Source of the DNA: Candidatus Parachristensenella avicola
GTDB taxonomy: Bacteria > Bacillota > Clostridia > Christensenellales > UMGS416
Reading direction: 5' to 3'
Length of the DNA: 64,000 bases
NCBI GenBank assembly: GCA_904420205.1
Contig: CAJFUN010000016.1
Coordinates: 12,395 to 76,394, forward strand
Shown here: positions 59,912-64,000 of the stretch, in pieces
Position numbering within the stretch: the first letter of the stretch is position 1
Layout of the letters: the number at the start of each line of letters is the position of its first letter
Program-made: the position numbers and the translations under genes
The notes under the pieces: generated by a model
Database searches by the model: none
Told to the model about the DNA's origin: nothing
The model's input: only the letters and a program-made list of their open reading frames with translations

Positions 59912-60425
59912 AGCCTGGGGCCTCCGCCATGGCCGCTTTCAGCGCAGGCCACACCTGGCGCAACCGCGGCACGATGGGTGCAGCGATGAGCCCCGCATCC
60001 ATCATACCCTCCAACTCCTCCAACGATACCCAGCGATAATCCGCCGTCTCCCCTGGCTGCAGGCGGATCTGCGCCGTCCCCTCCATAGAATATAGGTAGA
60101 TATCCACCGCCGAAGAGGTACCCCAGGCGGTATCCAGAAAACGCAGCGCCTTCATCGAAGGCGTAAGTCCCGTCTCTTCCCGCAGTTCCCGCAGCGCACC
60201 CTCCAGGCTTGTTTCCCCTGCCAGCACAGCGCCGCCGGTGTTCTCCCAGCAATTGGGATAAACCGGCTTGGCTTTATCCCGCAGGGTCAGGAGCATGCGC
60301 CCCCGGCCATCCACTACGCACACGGCCGCCACAAGGTGATAGCAGCCGGGCTCCAGGGGCCGGCCGCGCTCATGGGTGCGCCCCAGGGGTCGGCGTTGCC
60401 GGTCAAACAAATCCCATTTTTCCAT
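59901..60425 (-). CDS. NUDIX hydrolase
   Basis: Nudix box GGAVLAGETSLEGALRELREETGL. Confidence 0.85.
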   Translation of the reverse strand: MEKWDLFDRQRRPLGRTHERGRPLEPGCYHLVAAVCVVDGRGRMLLTLRDKAKPVYPNCWENTGGAVLAGETSLEGALRELREETGLTPSMKALRFLDTAWGTSSAVDIYLYSMEGTAQIRLQPGETADYRWVSLEELEGMMDAGLIAAPIVPRLRQVWPALKAAMAEAPGFSG

Positions 60426-60434
60426 ACGTCCTCC

Positions 60435-61568
60435 TTATCGCACTTTGTCCCAAGTTTCCATTGCCGCCTCCGCCGCTCGAGCCATTTCTTGCGGCGTTGC
60501 TTCGCCCCAATAGCTTACAAAGATGGCGTTGCCCCGTAGCGCGGCCGCCATCTCCAAAAGGGGGCCATCCTGCCGGTAAAGGCACAGGCTCAGCGCGGTT
60601 TCCTCCATGGGGGTAAAGTCCGTCTCCGGCCCGATGGCGTATTGGGGGATCATCTCTCGAGCCAGTTGCCCACCCCATTGAGGGAAGTCCGTATACAAGG
60701 CCCGCTGAATGATCCAGGCGCCTGCCTCACCGGTTTCCCGGCTCGTATAGCCTATGGCAAAGGGCGACCACGTTCGTTCCAGCGTATGATCGGCTACAGC
60801 AAGCGCATCCTCAACTGGGCTGCGCTGGTAGTCCGGTCCTTCCAGCTGCATCAGCAACACGACCGGCGCATCCTGCTCTGGCAGCGGGCTTTCGCCGCTG
60901 AGGCGCCACATGGCCAGTCCTAAGGCCGCTCCCACCAGCACGGATGCCGCGCCTATGGCGCACAACGCCGCTCTGGCCCGCCGGACACCACGGTAGGGTG
61001 CGCTGTGGTCGATCGGTCGGCCGCTGCGCAGCCTGCGCTTCAATTGCCAAGCCGACCAAAATCCTAGGGCAGCCTCGATCAGCCCGGTCAAATAAAGGGG
61101 GCCCAGCAAGAGCAGCAGCATCAGGAGTCCTTGGGCCCACAGGCTCAGCCAGGGGATTCCACCCCTCCACAACGCCAAAGGGAGCAGGCCGACCGCCAAA
61201 AACAGCGTCGTATCGAGGCAGCGCCAACAGCTGGCCCGCAGCCGTTTCATCGTCCAGGCCTGCTCATAGCAGTCCGTATAGATCTCGCCCGTCCCTTCGG
61301 GGGCCGCAAAGATTTGGATCATCTCCCTGCCGGCGATCCATCGCCAGCCCGCCTGCTCATACAGGGCCTTTTGCTCGGCAAAGGATTCGTTTTCCTCCGC
61401 CAGTTCAATGCGATAGCAAAGCCGCTGCGGCGCTCCCTGGTCAAAGCGGGTCAGCCATGCACCCCGCTTTTTTAAAATCCACCCCCGGGCCGCTTGGTCA
61501 GCATACCAGTGCTCCGCCTCTCCAATGCGCCAGAACGGCATATTCAGGCGGTATTTACGCCTGCCCAT
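60435..61568 (-). CDS. DUF2812-like membrane protein (PadR-associated)
   Basis: N-terminal ..RIGEAEHWYADQAARGWIL.. followed by TM segments. The start (ATG 61568, 6 nt after GGAGG) overlaps the PadR stop by 14 nt. Confidence 0.6.
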   Translation of the reverse strand: MGRRKYRLNMPFWRIGEAEHWYADQAARGWILKKRGAWLTRFDQGAPQRLCYRIELAEENESFAEQKALYEQAGWRWIAGREMIQIFAAPEGTGEIYTDCYEQAWTMKRLRASCWRCLDTTLFLAVGLLPLALWRGGIPWLSLWAQGLLMLLLLLGPLYLTGLIEAALGFWSAWQLKRRLRSGRPIDHSAPYRGVRRARAALCAIGAASVLVGAALGLAMWRLSGESPLPEQDAPVVLLMQLEGPDYQRSPVEDALAVADHTLERTWSPFAIGYTSRETGEAGAWIIQRALYTDFPQWGGQLAREMIPQYAIGPETDFTPMEETALSLCLYRQDGPLLEMAAALRGNAIFVSYWGEATPQEMARAAEAAMETWDKVR

Positions 61569-61878
61569 CCCCATCCTCCTCAATCTGCCTGCCATCGGCC
61601 ACCATGGCCTTGAGCCGGGCGTATTCCCGGGCGAGCGTTTCCCGGCCAGCGGCGGTGATACGGTATACCTTTCTCCGCCCGTCATCCTCGTCCAGAAGGA
61701 TCAGCCCCTCCTTTTTCATCCGGGTCAGCACGCCGTACAACGTCCCTGGCCCCATAACCACCCGGCCGGCCGAAACCTTCTCCACCTCGCCCATCAGCCG
61801 GTATCCGTGTCCCGGCTTTGTCAGGGCTAGCAGCACATAATACATGGCCTCTGTCATCGGCCCTTGCTGTGCATTCAT
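61555..61878 (-). CDS. PadR family transcriptional regulator
   Basis: YYVLLALTKPGHGYRLMGEVEK...GPGTLYGVLTRMKKEGLI. Start trimmed to MNAQQG (ATG 61878). Confidence 0.85.
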   Translation of the reverse strand: MNAQQGPMTEAMYYVLLALTKPGHGYRLMGEVEKVSAGRVVMGPGTLYGVLTRMKKEGLILLDEDDGRRKVYRITAAGRETLAREYARLKAMVADGRQIEEDGDGQA

Positions 61879-62016
61879 GCTTTCCTCACTATTATGTCTC
61901 ACGATATATCGTATAGCATAATAATAAGGCAGCAGCCGGACGCTGTCAATCGCCTTTCCTATTCTTAAGTGATTTGGGGCTCTCCGCATCGTCCTGCGAA
62001 CCAAAATTCACATAAA

Positions 62017-62044
62017 GAAACCCCGCCTGAACGGTCGGGGTTTC
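62017..62044 (-). terminator. Intrinsic terminator of the Rrf2-nifS-nifU operon
   Basis: The minus strand reads GAAACCCCG-10 nt-CGGGGTTTCTTTAT. Confidence 0.7.
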
Positions 62045-62057
62045 TCAGTATAATGGT

Positions 62058-62441
62058 TTATCCTTCCTTCTTGGGGTGCTTCTCCCGGTAATCGGCAATA
62101 GCAGCGTGCAGCGCCTCCTCAGCCAGCACGGAGCAGTGCAGCTTCACCGGCGGCAGGCCGCCCAGGGCCTCAATCACCATCTTGTTGGTGATCTGCAGCG
62201 CCTCGTCCACGGTCTTTCCTTTGACAAGCTCGGTGGCCATGGAGCTGCTGGCGATCGCCGCGCCGCAGCCAAAGGTCTTGAACTTCACATCGGTGATTAC
62301 GTCGTTTTCATCCACCTTGATGAAAATCTTCATAATATCGCCGCATTTGGCGTTCCCCACCTGGCCTACGCCGGAAGCGTCGTCGATTTCGCCCACATTG
62401 CGGGGATTGACAAAATGATCCATTACCTTATCCGTGTACAT
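62058..62441 (-). CDS. nifU: Fe-S cluster assembly scaffold protein (NifU/IscU-type)
   Basis: ..VGNAKCGDIMK.., ..FKTFGCGAAIASSS.. and ..LPPVKLHCSVLAE.. (three conserved Cys). Start trimmed to MYTDKV (ATG 62441). Confidence 0.9.
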   Translation of the reverse strand: MYTDKVMDHFVNPRNVGEIDDASGVGQVGNAKCGDIMKIFIKVDENDVITDVKFKTFGCGAAIASSSMATELVKGKTVDEALQITNKMVIEALGGLPPVKLHCSVLAEEALHAAIADYREKHPKKEG

Positions 62442-63636
62442 GACAAACTCCTTCCTCATCCTCGTTGTCGGGATGATCCGCATCCAGAGGGGACATGGCC
62501 CGCAGCCGGGCCACGATACCCGTCAAAAGCTCTACAACCCGGTCCACCTGCCCCTCATCGTTCTCTTCACCCAGCGAGAAGCGCACCGAACCGTTGGCAT
62601 CGCCATGCTTCACGCCAATGGCCAGCAGCACATGGGAGGGATCCAATGAACCGGAGGTGCAGGCCGAGCCGCTGGAAGCGGCAACGCCTGACATATCCAA
62701 ATGCAGCAGCACCGACTCAGACTCGATATACTTAAAGCTGACGTTCAGGTTGCCCGGCAGCCGGCGTTCCATGGAGCCGTTCACCGTCACGTCAGGGATG
62801 TTTGCTTTCAGGCCCGCAAGCAGCCGGTCCCGCAAGGCGGCGATCCGCGCGCTGTGGCCTTCGATATCGGCAGTTACCCGCTCGATGGCCGCGCCCAGGC
62901 CCACAATGCCCGGGTGATTATAGGTAGAGCCGCGCTTGCCCCGCTCCTGCGCGCCGCCGTGGATGAGGTTTTCCATCCGCAGGCCCTTGCGCACATACAG
63001 CGCGCCCACACCCTTGGGACCATAGAATTTATGGGCCGAAAGCGATAGCATGTCGATATTCATCGCCTGCACGTCGATGGGCACCGCGCCGACGGCCTGC
63101 ACCGCATCGGTATGGAAGGCGACGCCCTTCTCCCGGCATATCGCGCCGATTTCAGCGATGGGGTTGATCGAGCCGATCTCATTGTTGGCAAACATAACCG
63201 ATACCAGCACCGTATCCGGCCGGATAGCCTCGGCCACCTGCTGGGCCGTAACCAGCCCCTGGTTGTCCACCGGCAGATAGGTCACTTCAAAACCCTGTTT
63301 CTGCAAAAACTCACAGGTGTGCAGCACGGCGTGATGCTCAACATTGGTGGTGATGATATGCCGTCCCTTCGCCTGGTTCGCCAACGCGAAGCCCTTCAGG
63401 GCCCAGTTATCGGCCTCTGTTCCGCCGCTTGTGAAATAGATTTCATCCTCGCGGGCGATGTTCAGCGCCCGCTGCACCTGGCTCCGAGCCTTTTCCACGG
63501 CGGCCCGAGCCGTCCGCGCTTCGGTATAGACGGAAGAGGCGTTACCAAACTGCTCCGTAAAGTAGGGCAGCATGGCCGCCAGCACATCCGGGTTCACCGG
63601 CGTAGTCGCGGCGTGATCCATATAAATCCGATCCAT
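62428..63636 (-). CDS. nifS: Cysteine desulfurase (NifS/IscS class I)
   Basis: IYMDHAATTP, the PLP-Lys region SLSAHKFYGPKG, and the active-site loop SSGSACTSG. Confidence 0.9.
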   Translation of the reverse strand: MDRIYMDHAATTPVNPDVLAAMLPYFTEQFGNASSVYTEARTARAAVEKARSQVQRALNIAREDEIYFTSGGTEADNWALKGFALANQAKGRHIITTNVEHHAVLHTCEFLQKQGFEVTYLPVDNQGLVTAQQVAEAIRPDTVLVSVMFANNEIGSINPIAEIGAICREKGVAFHTDAVQAVGAVPIDVQAMNIDMLSLSAHKFYGPKGVGALYVRKGLRMENLIHGGAQERGKRGSTYNHPGIVGLGAAIERVTADIEGHSARIAALRDRLLAGLKANIPDVTVNGSMERRLPGNLNVSFKYIESESVLLHLDMSGVAASSGSACTSGSLDPSHVLLAIGVKHGDANGSVRFSLGEENDEGQVDRVVELLTGIVARLRAMSPLDADHPDNEDEEGVCHVHG

Positions 63637-63639
63637 TCT

Positions 63640-64000
63640 TTATCCTTCCTGCTTGTCGTTGTATTCCTGCGCCAGCTCGGCCAATGTCATATGATCCACC
63701 AGCTCGGTGATGGCGGCGTAGATTTTTTCCCACAGCACCCGTCCGGCGCACCCGCCGCTGCGGCATGGGCTGTCGTCATCCAGCAGGCAGTCCACCGGGG
63801 CCATGGAGCCCTCCAGCGCATATAGCACTTCGCCCACCTTAATCTCCTCCGGCGGCCGGGATAGGCAATATCCGCCTTGCGCCCCCCGGCTGGAGCTGAC
63901 CAGCGCCGCCCGACGCAGCTGGTTCATCAGCTGCTCTAGAAAGGGCTCGGGGATCTGCTGCCGCTCGGCGATCACCTTCAGCGGCACCGGTCCTTCGCCA
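63640..64000 (-). CDS. Rrf2 family transcriptional regulator (IscR/CymR-like), 5' end beyond the window
   Basis: ..IAERQQIPEPFLEQLMNQLRRAALVSSSRGAQGGYCL.. and a C-terminal Cys cluster CLLDDDSPCRSGGC. The ORF runs off the window edge. Confidence 0.85.
   Translation of the reverse strand, partial: GEGPVPLKVIAERQQIPEPFLEQLMNQLRRAALVSSSRGAQGGYCLSRPPEEIKVGEVLYALEGSMAPVDCLLDDDSPCRSGGCAGRVLWEKIYAAITELVDHMTLAELAQEYNDKQEG

Noticed and set aside
1-64000. CRISPR arrays, tRNA/rRNA genes, RNase P, tmRNA, group II intron domain V, reverse transcriptases and integrases
   Set aside because: I scanned intergenic and ORF-poor regions by eye for their signature sequences. These were regularly spaced repeats, GGTTCGA-type T-arms, GAGGAAAGTCC, and tmRNA 5'/3' ends. 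None was found. A covariance-model scan would be decisive.

Overview
A 64-kb chromosomal window from a GC-rich genome. Single 60-nt lines I counted in core genes are about 63% GC. Expression signals are Gram-positive in type: strong AGGAGG-like ribosome-binding sites, a T-box leader and many TGnTATAAT extended -10 promoters. A high-GC member of the Clostridia is my inference only. I call 60 protein-coding genes (2 partial), one ncRNA, two cis-regulatory RNAs, and a set of promoters and terminators.

Content by theme:
- **Glycan and sugar-acid catabolism:** GH27, GH36, GH2, GH18, two GH78-type enzymes, a mutarotase, and an 8-gene operon encoding an enolase-superfamily dehydratase, two SDRs and an RraA-like protein.
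- **Housekeeping genes:** pckA, a T-box-controlled short alaS, pyrE, fba, Rrf2-nifS-nifU, and larE-larB-larC.
- **Transporters:** MATE, MFS, ZIP, MntP and two nucleobase-type permeases.
- **RNAs not visible in the ORF track:** an SRP RNA (ffs) at about 39.3-39.5 kb, plus a T-box leader and a yybP-ykoY Mn riboswitch.

The clearest accessory DNA is an AT-rich islet of about 2.7 kb (55.4-58.2 kb; 37-38% GC on the lines I counted). It carries a Type II restriction endonuclease and a gamma-class m6A methyltransferase. AT-rich, ORF-poor decayed segments lie at 53.6-54.6 kb and 8.0-8.8 kb.

I did not find a clear novel system. The candidates most worth follow-up are:
- a divergent YdjC-like gene co-clustered with larEBC, with no larA in the window;
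- two divergent ribbon-helix-helix genes that share an array of perfect palindromic operators;
- the sugar-acid operon, with its RraA-like protein and an SDR lacking the catalytic Lys;
- a P-loop kinase plus NYN/LOTUS pair behind an orphan promoter-terminator unit.

No CRISPR array, tRNA, rRNA, intact transposase or integrase was seen. All function calls rest on motif and family recognition by eye; no database search was run.
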